From the NCBI GenBank assembly GCA_963713825.1, contig CAVQNG010000025.1, forward strand, positions 512,001 to 576,000: 64,000 bases of DNA. Direction: 5' to 3'. Both the position numbers and the translations under genes were made by a program. Below are positions 7,585-18,747 of the stretch, piece after piece. The stretch is from an uncultured Acidobacteriota bacterium. Its GTDB lineage: Bacteria; Acidobacteriota; Thermoanaerobaculia; Multivoradales; JAHEKO01. How positions within the stretch are numbered: position 1 is the first letter of the stretch; each line of letters starts with the position of its first letter. A model generated the notes under the pieces. That model did not search any database, was not told the DNA's origin, and saw only the letters and a list, made by a program, of their open reading frames with translations.

Positions 7585-8970
7585 GTGAGCGTATCTTCTT
7601 TCTGCCAGCGGGTAACTAGTGGAGCAGTGAGAAATTATGCCCTCATCCTGCTGTCGTTTCTAATAGGGGCGCTGCTTCATGCTCAGGAGTCCATTCGTCT
7701 AGGCGACGAGTTCCAGGTCAACTCCTACACCCCGGGAAACCAATGGCGTTCCGATGTAGCAGTGGACGCCCAGAGCAACTTCGTGGTCGTCTGGCAAAGC
7801 CGAACGTCGCCCGGCACAGACGCGAGCTGCTACAGCATCCAGGCGCAGCGCTACGACTGCGATGGGACACCTGTCGGAGGACAGTTTCAGGTCAACTCCT
7901 ATACGACGAGCTGCCAGGAGATCCCCAGGGTGGCAACCGATCCACAGGGCAACTTCGTGGTTGTCTGGGAGAGCTATGGGTCGTACGGCTCGGACGCGAG
8001 CTACCACAGCATTCAGGCGCAAAAGTATGATGCCAACGGAACTCCTCTTGGGGGCCAGTTCCAGGTCAACTCCTACACCACCGGAAACCAATGGTGGTCC
8101 GATGTTGCAATGGACGCCCAGGGCAACTTCGTGGTGGTCTGGACAAGCTGGGGTTCCTTCGGCACAGACTCAAGCCCCGAGAGCATTCAAGCGCAGTACT
8201 ACGACTCCAGTGGCACGCCCGTGAGAGGAGAGTTTCAGGTCAATAGCTATACAACGTACAGCCAAATCCGACCCGCAGTGGCTGTCGACGCCCAGGGCAA
8301 CTTCGTGGTGGTCTGGGGCAGCTGGGGATCGTACGGCACAGACACAAACTTCTGGAACGTGCAGGGTCAGCGATTCACCGGCAAGGGCTTGGCTTTGGGT
8401 AGAGAGTTCCAGGTCAACAGCCTCAGTGAAGACATCCAAAACTCGCCCAGAGTGGCGGCGGGTGCGAACGGCAGCTTCGTTGTCGTCTGGAGAACAGACG
8501 GCGAGTCCCCCGGCACCGATTCCAGTGTCAGCAGTGTCCAGGGGCGGCGCTTCGACGCCAGTGGAAGAGCATTGGGTAGCCAGTTTCAGATTAACTCCTA
8601 CACCATTAACCGCCAGGAAGAAGCCGCAGTAGCCTTGGACACAGAGGGCAACTATGTGGTCGCCTGGGCGAGCTTGGGTTCGGATGGCACGGACACCAGT
8701 TCCTGGAGTGTCCAAGGTCAACGCTTCACCAGCAATGGCTCACCTCTGGGAGACGAGTTCCAGGTCAACAGCTACACCTCGATTCATCAGCGCCGCCCAG
8801 CTCTGGCTGTTGGACCAAACGGTACATTCGTGGTCGTATGGGAGAGCTATGGTTCGTACGGCACGGATACGAGCCAGGCCAGTATCCAGGCTCAGCTCTA
8901 CGCCACATCGATCTTCGCGGACGGCTTTGAGTCAGGGGATACGTCTGCATGGGACGACACCGTGCCCTAG
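7585..8970 (+). CDS. Secreted 7-repeat (probable beta-propeller) protein with C-terminal IFADGFE motif
   Basis: Signal peptide, seven ~58-aa repeats (FQVNSYT..Q...VA.D..GNFVVVW.S.GS.GTD), and the ending IFADGFESGDTSAW. Confidence 0.85.
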   Translation: MSVSSFCQRVTSGAVRNYALILLSFLIGALLHAQESIRLGDEFQVNSYTPGNQWRSDVAVDAQSNFVVVWQSRTSPGTDASCYSIQAQRYDCDGTPVGGQFQVNSYTTSCQEIPRVATDPQGNFVVVWESYGSYGSDASYHSIQAQKYDANGTPLGGQFQVNSYTTGNQWWSDVAMDAQGNFVVVWTSWGSFGTDSSPESIQAQYYDSSGTPVRGEFQVNSYTTYSQIRPAVAVDAQGNFVVVWGSWGSYGTDTNFWNVQGQRFTGKGLALGREFQVNSLSEDIQNSPRVAAGANGSFVVVWRTDGESPGTDSSVSSVQGRRFDASGRALGSQFQINSYTINRQEEAAVALDTEGNYVVAWASLGSDGTDTSSWSVQGQRFTSNGSPLGDEFQVNSYTSIHQRRPALAVGPNGTFVVVWESYGSYGTDTSQASIQAQLYATSIFADGFESGDTSAWDDTVP

Positions 8971-9057
8971 CCGGCGAATACCCGGCGCGTGTGGAGCCCA
9001 CTCATTCACAACTACCCCTGTGGGGGCTGGCCAAGGTGGGTGTGGGGTGGAGGGCAC
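8970..9057 (+). repeat. Dispersed 88-bp repeat, copy 3
   Basis: GCCGG-CGAATAC-CCGGC begins on the last base of the preceding TAG stop. Confidence 0.9.
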
Positions 9058-9690
9058 GCGTGAATCGCCAGAGGTTGGCCAGCGAGACCCTGCCTTGCTA
9101 GCTATACATTGCGAATATGTCGCAGATCTCTGCAAGGTGCTGTCTCACAGTAACTTACGTGCGTTACCGCTGTCTCAGATACTGCAAAGTACCCTGGTTT
9201 AGCCTACTCCCAGGAGTCCTCCAGAGCGGGCAGGAGGCAGAGAGAGGGAGAGGAAATCCCAATAGGCAAGGCTGGTGGCAGGCGGGGCGAGTGTTGACTG
9301 TTTGTAGTCCCAGCACTCCGAACGGCATCACGAAGCAGCGCACTCCGAGACACGCCTTGGGGGCGTGCTCGGTATTCTGCTGGCTAGCGGGATGCTCCCG
9401 AAGAGCGTTCTCAGTCAGCCGATAACTAGCCCAATTTGAATTGGGCTGAATCGGCTGCTAGCCAGATCCTCTAGTGGAAGGATTCGTAAGAGGTCCTAGA
9501 AAGTATCCTAGGCATATGAGCCCTGACTGCGCCCCAGCTCTGGGGGGTTGAATCCCCCAAGTCTGGGGCGCAGGAGGTGAGTGAGAGGGTAGAGCTGAAG
9601 GGTATAGATTGCTACTCTTCTAACCTCCTTCTAAGCCCTCTATACCTCCCCAGTTCCCCCCTCTTAGCACGAAGTGCCCCACCCCTCCAT

Positions 9691-11067
9691 TTACTGATTT
9701 TCTGTTCTTATCCCTAGGCTCTCCAAGTCTCTTCGAACGGTTCTCGGGTGGCTGCCGATCGCCGCTGCCAGCTGTCTCAGCGAGAAGGGCAGGGGGTCAC
9801 CGTGAGTCTCGGCGAGATGTTCAAGTGCCTCGTGTCGCCGCCGCTGCTCCAGCTTCCTTTTGCCCTTCTCAGGCCTATACTCAAAGTCGGGCCGAATGCT
9901 GAGCAGTTCAAGATTGTCGGCTTCCTCAACAGTGACCCCCAGGAGCCTGGCGACGGTCTTGTTCCTAGGCGGGTTCAGGTTTGAGAGTCCGCTTTTCATC
10001 TGAGTTCGCGCTTCATGCGGTGCCATCTCAGGATGGCAATGCTCTGCGATTTTCAGTACCTCTCTCTCGATCGCTTCGTCGGGGTACCCGATACCGCGCA
10101 GTATCGTGGCTGCTAGGTAACACGCATGCCGACGAGTACCCTGAGAGAACCCGCCTCTCGCGTAGCGGATGATCTGAAACTCTACCCACAGGCGTTCATA
10201 CCTGGCCTTTTGCGCCTTGCGCTTGGGTGCGAGCTGGGCGATCTCCTGGTCCGTTTTTTTCGGCCTTGGCCGTGGCGGCTTCTTTCTGACTTCTGGCTCT
10301 TTCTCAAGACCCAGGTACTCCCGTAATTCCTCCAATGTGTAGCTGGCGGGGAATCCGCTGTCCTCGAGGTAGACGAAGTACTCAACAGGCAACCCGACCT
10401 TGGAGTTGATACTCCCGGCAACTCGCTGATGAGTCGTCACCTTGACAGGATCCTCGTCGGGTTCAAGCTCAGGGCGAGTGGCATTCAACCTTGCGACTAG
10501 AGCCAGATTGATTCGTTCCTGAAGTCTCCTATTGCGATACCAAGCCTTTGGCGGCGATGTACCCAGCTGTCCCTGAATCAGCCTCGCTAGTTCGAGCGCA
10601 GGTGGATCACTCTCATCGACAAGAAACCAGTAGGGGCGGACTCCACGCCCAGTGCGCTCGATGGCCGAGATCGGAGGCACCAGTCTTTCGGATTCCAGTC
10701 CCTTTAAATACCCCATGGCTGTCGTGAAATCCAGCTGTTCGCAATCGCAATCTACCCAAACCGCTGTCAGACGGTGATAGCTTTTCTCCGTGGGCCATGG
10801 CCTCGGACCGTAGACAGTGTTGATGGATACGTAGGCGTCAGTCTTCAGCTGATTGATCACGGGCTGCCATGTGATCACGTACTCCAGGCGCTCAAGTGGC
10901 ACCGAGCCTCTGAACCGACCTGCGTACAGAAACCGTGGTTGGTCGTCAGTCTTTCTCCAGAAGTGAACATAGCGACCACCAAAGTCCAGATTCCAGCGGT
11001 TGCTGTGGAAGTACTTGAGGTGCCCAACACTTAGCCCTTCAGCGCCAAAATGCAGCTCCTTCTTCAA
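9691..11067 (-). CDS. Replication initiator, AEP/primase-like with PriCT-like and C-terminal HTH domains
   Basis: DAYVSIN, WVDCD, TGRGVRPYW, RVAGSINSK, GFSQGTRRHACY (PriCT-like) and SLRQLAAAIGSHPRTVRRDL (HTH). TTG start follows GGAGG. Confidence 0.75.
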   Translation of the reverse strand: MKKELHFGAEGLSVGHLKYFHSNRWNLDFGGRYVHFWRKTDDQPRFLYAGRFRGSVPLERLEYVITWQPVINQLKTDAYVSINTVYGPRPWPTEKSYHRLTAVWVDCDCEQLDFTTAMGYLKGLESERLVPPISAIERTGRGVRPYWFLVDESDPPALELARLIQGQLGTSPPKAWYRNRRLQERINLALVARLNATRPELEPDEDPVKVTTHQRVAGSINSKVGLPVEYFVYLEDSGFPASYTLEELREYLGLEKEPEVRKKPPRPRPKKTDQEIAQLAPKRKAQKARYERLWVEFQIIRYARGGFSQGTRRHACYLAATILRGIGYPDEAIEREVLKIAEHCHPEMAPHEARTQMKSGLSNLNPPRNKTVARLLGVTVEEADNLELLSIRPDFEYRPEKGKRKLEQRRRHEALEHLAETHGDPLPFSLRQLAAAIGSHPRTVRRDLESLGIRTENQ

Positions 11068-11101
11068 TAGTTGCCTCCCCCATGTGGGCCAGAAACAGTC
11101 T

Positions 11102-12208
11102 CTAGACAGCCCTGTAATCGCCCGTATTTGGCCTCTGTCGGACGTTCCCTCTAAACCCGAACATCCGCTCATTCATGCGGCTCACTACCTTGGTCGTGTG
11201 CTGATCGGACAGGTGACTGTACCTCTTAACTACTGCCAGGGTCTTGTGTCCGAGAACCTCGGCGATCTCGGCGAGGGTGGCACCGCTCATGGCGAGATAT
11301 GAGGCAGCCGTGTGGCGGAGATCGTGAAAGCGGAAGTCGTCGATTCGAGCCTTTCTGAGAGCGCGCTCCCATGCCTTTCTCGGGAAAGTCGCTTTTCCGC
11401 CTGGAGCAGGGAAAACGAGGTCGGTGTCCATCCGTCTGACCTTTCTCATCTCGCGAAGCAGCTCCGCCGCGTAGCCGGTCACGGGAACCGCCCTCCGTTC
11501 ACCGTTCTTGGTGTGATGGATGATAGCCAGGCCACGGCTGCTGTCTATGTCATTCCAACAGAGCCCGAGAAGCTCACTCTGACGGGCACCCGTGGAGAGA
11601 GCCAAGACCACTAGAGGATAGAGTCTCCGCTCACTGCTGCTTCGACAAGATGCGAGTAGTTGGTCTCTCTCGTAGTCGGACAGAAACCGTACTCGCCCGC
11701 GAGGCTCGCGCTCTCTGGACACGGATCTGACAGGGTTGGTCCCTGTCCAGCCCACTTCTCTGATTGCGAAGGTGAAGGCGTGAGAGAGCGCTGCAAGGTA
11801 TCGATTCACCGTGCCAGCTGCCCTTCGTGTTCCCTTCGGAGTCAGACCTCTGGAGAGTACCTTCTTTCGGCTCGCTACCAGCTCGGGTGTTACATGCGCC
11901 AAGCAGTAACCTCCGAGCTGGGCCTTCCACCAGAGCAGCTGAGCCCTTTGAACCCGAATGCTTGCCGGTTTGCCCGGCATGGCTTCGACAAGGTAAAGGT
12001 CTACCAGCTCGCCAAGCGTACGGCGCTGAGCTTGGCTAGTCCTGAGGTACCGCCCTTCCCGAATCCCGGTCTCTGTCTGCTCTGCCCACTGCTTGGCGAG
12101 ACTCTTCTTTTGAAAGGTCGCTGTCTGAGGGGGAAACCCCTTAATACGAACTCGAGCCCGGTAGCTGATGGTCCCTGTTTTCGATATCCTGCGTTGAATG
12201 GTGGCCAC
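11102..12208 (-). CDS. int: Tyrosine recombinase / site-specific integrase
   Basis: Full catalytic set: TGARQSE (R), TKNG (K), HDLRH, LGH, KRY. N-terminal arm-binding-like domain. GTG start with GAGGAGG RBS. Confidence 0.95.
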   Translation of the reverse strand: MATIQRRISKTGTISYRARVRIKGFPPQTATFQKKSLAKQWAEQTETGIREGRYLRTSQAQRRTLGELVDLYLVEAMPGKPASIRVQRAQLLWWKAQLGGYCLAHVTPELVASRKKVLSRGLTPKGTRRAAGTVNRYLAALSHAFTFAIREVGWTGTNPVRSVSREREPRGRVRFLSDYERDQLLASCRSSSERRLYPLVVLALSTGARQSELLGLCWNDIDSSRGLAIIHHTKNGERRAVPVTGYAAELLREMRKVRRMDTDLVFPAPGGKATFPRKAWERALRKARIDDFRFHDLRHTAASYLAMSGATLAEIAEVLGHKTLAVVKRYSHLSDQHTTKVVSRMNERMFGFRGNVRQRPNTGDYRAV

Positions 12209-12259
12209 GGAGACCTCCTCTTGGGTCTGTGGTCCACGGGTTGTCCAACGAGGAGGAAG

Positions 12260-12487
12260 ATTGTCGGTAACGATCCCTGCCCTGCAACGCGGCAGCAGTG
12301 CCCTGATCGTGACTGCCAGCAGTGCGATTGGCACAGCCGAGATCAAGCAACTACTGTAGGTAGAATAGCTTCGGATCTTCCCTCTCGCACTTGACGCGAG
12401 AGCGTGTATAATCCCCCGTTCGAGGGCCGCTAGCTCAACTGGCAGAGCAGCAGACTCTTAATCTGCGGGTTCGGGGTTCGAGTCCCT
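12260..12487 (+). repeat. Right att repeat (228 bp)
   Basis: Copy of 27-254 that continues into the intact tRNA-Lys 3' end. Confidence 0.95.
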
Positions 12488-12499
12488 GGCGGCTCACCA
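12424..12499 (+). tRNA. tRNA-Lys(CTT)
   Basis: 76-nt cloverleaf, anticodon loop CT-CTT-AA, GGTTCGAG T-loop, CCA end. Confidence 0.97.
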
Positions 12500-12553
12500 G
12501 CCTTTTCAATCTCTCCCCGGTGCATCAGCATCGCCTAGCCGGAAGAGTTCGGT

Positions 12554-12639
12554 GCGAAAGTGGCGGAATTGGTAGACGCGCTAGACTTAGGATCTAGTCC
12601 CGTAAAGGGGTGGGGGTTCGAGTCCCCCCTTTCGCACCA
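12554..12639 (+). tRNA. tRNA-Leu(TAG)
   Basis: Long variable arm, anticodon loop CT-TAG-GA, CCA end. Confidence 0.95.
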
Positions 12640-12694
12640 TATCGTCATTCCACGAACCCACTCATAGTATGGCCAGAAAGGACCTTCTGCTCCC

Positions 12695-14002
12695 GTGAGC
12701 GTAGTGCTATCCATCGAAGACGTCGGGCCCTGTCGTAAGCAGCTCAAGGTCGAGGTACCCGCACCGGCGGTAGAGGCCGAGTCGAAGCGTGTTGTCGAGG
12801 AGTATCGAAAGCACGCCAAGTTGCCAGGCTTCCGCCAAGGCAAGGTGCCGACAGAGTTGGTGAAACAGAAGTTCCACAAAGAAATCGAGCAGGATGTTGT
12901 CGAGCGACTCCTGCCCCGGTACTGGAAACAGGCCGAGGCCGAGAGCGAGCTGGATCCCCTGTTGCCTCCGAGCGTCGACGAGGTCGACTACCAACCCGGT
13001 GCCCCCCTGACCTTCGTAGCATCGGTCGAGACTCGACCCGAGATCGAGCTGGGGAGCCTCGAGGACTTCGAGCTACCGGATTTCGAGACCGAGCCCACCG
13101 AGGAGGAGATCGGGCAAGCGCTCGAGGACATGCGACGAGCCGTCGCCGAGTGGGTGGCAGCAGACAGGCCGGCCGCGACCGGTGATCTGGTTGCAGGCCA
13201 GCTGGCCCAGCTCGACCCGGAGAGCGGCGAGCCTGGAGCCGAGAAGCCCTTCAGCTTCGAGGTGGGCGATCCTCAGGTATGGGAAGAGCTCACTTTGGAA
13301 GTCACAGGCAAGCAGGCCGGCCAACAGGCCGATTTCTTCCGCCAGGAGGGCGAAGGGGACGATGCGGTCTCACGCCGCTTCCGGGTCAAGGTCGAGGCGG
13401 TTCGCGAGCGGGATCTCCCCGCATTGGATGATTCGTTGGCGGCCCAGTTCGGCGACTATGCAGACGTGGACGCGCTGCGACAGGGAGTGCGAGGGGAGCT
13501 CAGGCGCGGCAAAGCGTCGGAGCGCAGTCAGCAGCGTGAACGGGCGATGCTGGACCAGCTGCTCGAGCGTCACCCCTTCGAACTGCCACAGGGAGTCGTG
13601 GACAACGAGATCGAGGGTATGCTCAAGGAGTACGCCCAGAGTCTGGCCGGGCAAGGGGTCGATTTGGAGAACGCCGATCTCGATTGGCCTACCATGGCCG
13701 AACAGATCCGGCCGCAGGCCGAGCGCCGGGTCCACGCTCGACTGCTGCTCGATGCCATCACTTCCCATCAGAAGATCGAAGTCGGTGAAGAGGACTTCGA
13801 GGCCGCGTTGGCCGCCATCGGCAGGGCTCAGGGGCGAAGCGCAGTCAGTGTTCGGCAGGCTCTGGACAAGTCTGGCAACCTGATCGGCTTCAGGGCTCAA
13901 TTGGCCAGGGAGAAGGCCATCAAGAGTCTCCTCGGCGAAGAATCGGTCGAGCCGACACCCGAGAGTGGGGAGCCCGAGACCGAATCCGAGAACGAAGGTT
14001 GA
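12695..14002 (+). CDS. tig: Trigger factor
   Basis: PGFRQGKVP ribosome-binding motif; located upstream of clpP. Confidence 0.95.
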   Translation: MSVVLSIEDVGPCRKQLKVEVPAPAVEAESKRVVEEYRKHAKLPGFRQGKVPTELVKQKFHKEIEQDVVERLLPRYWKQAEAESELDPLLPPSVDEVDYQPGAPLTFVASVETRPEIELGSLEDFELPDFETEPTEEEIGQALEDMRRAVAEWVAADRPAATGDLVAGQLAQLDPESGEPGAEKPFSFEVGDPQVWEELTLEVTGKQAGQQADFFRQEGEGDDAVSRRFRVKVEAVRERDLPALDDSLAAQFGDYADVDALRQGVRGELRRGKASERSQQRERAMLDQLLERHPFELPQGVVDNEIEGMLKEYAQSLAGQGVDLENADLDWPTMAEQIRPQAERRVHARLLLDAITSHQKIEVGEEDFEAALAAIGRAQGRSAVSVRQALDKSGNLIGFRAQLAREKAIKSLLGEESVEPTPESGEPETESENEG

Positions 14003-14022
14003 CTGGTACGGAGTCGAAAACG

Positions 14023-14613
14023 ATGCTGATTCCCATGGTCGTAGAACAGACGAATCGGGGCGAGCGAGCCTACGACATCTACTCGCGTCTGCTGAAAGAC
14101 AACATTATCTTTCTAGGTCGTCCTATCGATGACGATGTCTCCAATCTGGTCATCGCCCAGATGCTCTTTCTCGAGGCAGAGAACCCGGAGAAGGACATCG
14201 CTCTCTATGTCAACTCGCCTGGGGGTTCAATTACCGCCGGGCTGGCAATCTACGACACGATGCAATACATCAAGCCCGACGTCTCCACGCTTTGCGTCGG
14301 GCAGGCGGCATCGATGGCAGCAGTTCTCCTGGCGGCAGGTACCAAGGGTAAGAGGTCGGTCCTGCCCAACAGCCGAGTTCTGATTCATCAGCCGCTCCTG
14401 TACGGGTTGCAGGGCCAGCAGACGGACATCGACATTCACGCCAAAGACCTCTTGCGCATGCGCGAGAAGATCGAGGAGATTCTGGCTCAGCACACCGGCA
14501 AAACGATCGAAGAGATTCACCACGACACCGAGCGAGACAAGATTCTGGCGGCACCTGATGCCGTGGAGTACGGCCTCGCCGATCAGGTCATGGATCGTCG
14601 GCCAGCCTTCTGA
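14023..14613 (+). CDS. clpP: ATP-dependent Clp protease proteolytic subunit
   Basis: [25 protein letters not shown]. Confidence 0.97.
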   Translation: MLIPMVVEQTNRGERAYDIYSRLLKDNIIFLGRPIDDDVSNLVIAQMLFLEAENPEKDIALYVNSPGGSITAGLAIYDTMQYIKPDVSTLCVGQAASMAAVLLAAGTKGKRSVLPNSRVLIHQPLLYGLQGQQTDIDIHAKDLLRMREKIEEILAQHTGKTIEEIHHDTERDKILAAPDAVEYGLADQVMDRRPAF

Positions 14614-14852
14614 TTTATAGCGAAATACGTTCTGATGCATAAGGAGATTTCGCTTCGATCTGCTATCATTCTCTCAGAAGAAGCACGGCGGCAAGCCCAT
14701 CTGCCGCGGCGCTCTGCGATCGTTTGTGCAGACGTTGGTGGCATGGAATAGGGAGTTGAGATCGGATTGTTGTGGAGAGTAACTACTGATGCGAGCTAGA
14801 GCCCATCGTGGCTCGGGTCATCGGAGCCAGCAAGCCGTTTCTTGGAGGATTG

Positions 14853-16088
14853 ATGCCTAAGAAGGACAACAGCGAAGACACACTGCGGTGCTCGTTCTGT
14901 AACAAGAGCCAGCGCGAAGTGAAGAAACTGATCGCAGGGCCGACGGTCTTCATCTGCGACGAGTGTGTTGATATCTGCCTGGACATCATCGCCGAGGATC
15001 GACTTCTCGAACAGCAACAGGAAACCGCACTGCCGAAGCCGCGGGAGATCGATGACTTCCTCGATGAGTATGTGGTCGATCAGCACATAGCCAAGAAGAA
15101 GCTCTCCGTGGCCGTCTACAACCACTACAAGCGAATCGATTTCGTCGAGAAGGCGCGCAGTGAGGTCGAGCTTCAGAAGTCCAACATCTTGCTGATTGGG
15201 CCGACCGGGACCGGTAAGACCCTGCTGGCGCAGACACTCGCGAAGCTGCTGTCCGTGCCGTTCACCATTGCGGACGCCACCACGCTGACCGAGGCGGGCT
15301 ATGTCGGAGAGGATGTCGAGAACATCATTCTCAAGCTCTACCAGGCTTCGGGCAATGACAAGGAAAAGACGCAGCGCGGCATCGTCTATATCGATGAGAT
15401 CGACAAAATCGCCCGCAAGAGCGACAACCCATCGATCACCCGGGACGTCTCCGGTGAGGGCGTGCAACAGGCGCTGCTGAAGATTCTCGAGGGCACTTTG
15501 TGCAACGTGCCGCCCCAGGGGGGACGCAAACACCCGCACCAGGAGTTTCTGCAGATCGACACCACGAACATTCTGTTCATTTGTGGTGGTGCATTCGTCG
15601 GCCTGGAAGAGATGATCGAGCACCGACTGAATGAAAAGACCCTGGGCTTCGGTGCCGAGATCAAGAATCACAAAGAGCGCCGGTCGAGCGAGCTGTTGCA
15701 GCACGTCACGCCTGAGGATCTGATCAAGTACGGGTTGATTCCCGAGTTCGTAGGTCGGTTGCCGGTCATCGCGACCCTCGGAGACCTGGACGAGGACGCG
15801 TTGGTTCGAATCCTCAAGGAGCCCAAGAACAGCCTGGTGCGTCAGTACCAGACCATGTTCGAGCTGGAAGATGTGGGTCTCGAGTTTACCGATGGTGCGC
15901 TGAGGCAGGTCGCAGCCGAAGCGGCGAAGCGCAATGTCGGGGCCCGGGGTCTGAGGATCATCCTCGAGGAATTGATGCTCGATCTGATGTACAACATCCC
16001 CTCGCAGCGGGATGTCAAAGACTGCGTAATCGACGAGGAGACCGTGTTGAATCGGAAACAACCGGCTCCTCTCAAGAAAGCCGTTTAA
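14853..16088 (+). CDS. clpX: Clp protease ATP-binding subunit ClpX
   Basis: CSFC...CDEC zinc finger, [11 protein letters not shown] loop. Confidence 0.97.
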   Translation: MPKKDNSEDTLRCSFCNKSQREVKKLIAGPTVFICDECVDICLDIIAEDRLLEQQQETALPKPREIDDFLDEYVVDQHIAKKKLSVAVYNHYKRIDFVEKARSEVELQKSNILLIGPTGTGKTLLAQTLAKLLSVPFTIADATTLTEAGYVGEDVENIILKLYQASGNDKEKTQRGIVYIDEIDKIARKSDNPSITRDVSGEGVQQALLKILEGTLCNVPPQGGRKHPHQEFLQIDTTNILFICGGAFVGLEEMIEHRLNEKTLGFGAEIKNHKERRSSELLQHVTPEDLIKYGLIPEFVGRLPVIATLGDLDEDALVRILKEPKNSLVRQYQTMFELEDVGLEFTDGALRQVAAEAAKRNVGARGLRIILEELMLDLMYNIPSQRDVKDCVIDEETVLNRKQPAPLKKAV

Positions 16089-16177
16089 GAAAGCCGTCGA
16101 GCCTGATAGGCTCTGGGTCGGCAAACCTCCGACTCGATCGGCTCCCCATAAATCGACGCAGACGGTAGTAGGCGAGC

Positions 16178-18604
<2,427 letters not shown>

Positions 18605-18747
18605 GCCGGTCCTCGAAATCGCTGCAGGCTCCACAGGTCTCGTGAGGGAGTCGCGTCGCAACCAGGAAGCCATTTCGACCGCCGACGAACGAGTTCGGTG
18701 GTCTTCCTCAGATTCAAGGGCGATGCAGAGAGGCAACGAGGGGGGGA

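Larger units (their letters stand above)
27..12487. mobile_element. Integrative element (tyrosine integrase + primase-type Rep + RHH protein + cargo) at tRNA-Lys(CTT)
   Basis: 228-bp direct repeats at both ends, integrase adjacent to the right repeat, Rep gene, and hypothetical cargo with less GC-biased coding style than the core genes. Confidence 0.9.

Noticed and set aside
7700-8900. ~174-bp DNA repeats as a DGR template/variable pair or a non-coding array
   Set aside because: They are in-frame protein repeats. No reverse transcriptase is present and I noticed no adenine-specific mismatch pattern.
3056-9057. The 88-bp repeats as a CRISPR array or classical integron attC sites
   Set aside because: Spacing is 1.8-4.1 kb with whole genes between copies, there are no cas genes, and the RYYYAAC/GTTRRRY ends are absent.
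12209-12346. N-terminal extension of the integrase ORF (MISAVPIALL...) reaching into the att repeat
   Set aside because: It is largely the antisense of the duplicated host gene tail. A GTG with a strong GAGGAGG RBS at 12208 gives a typical integrase start.
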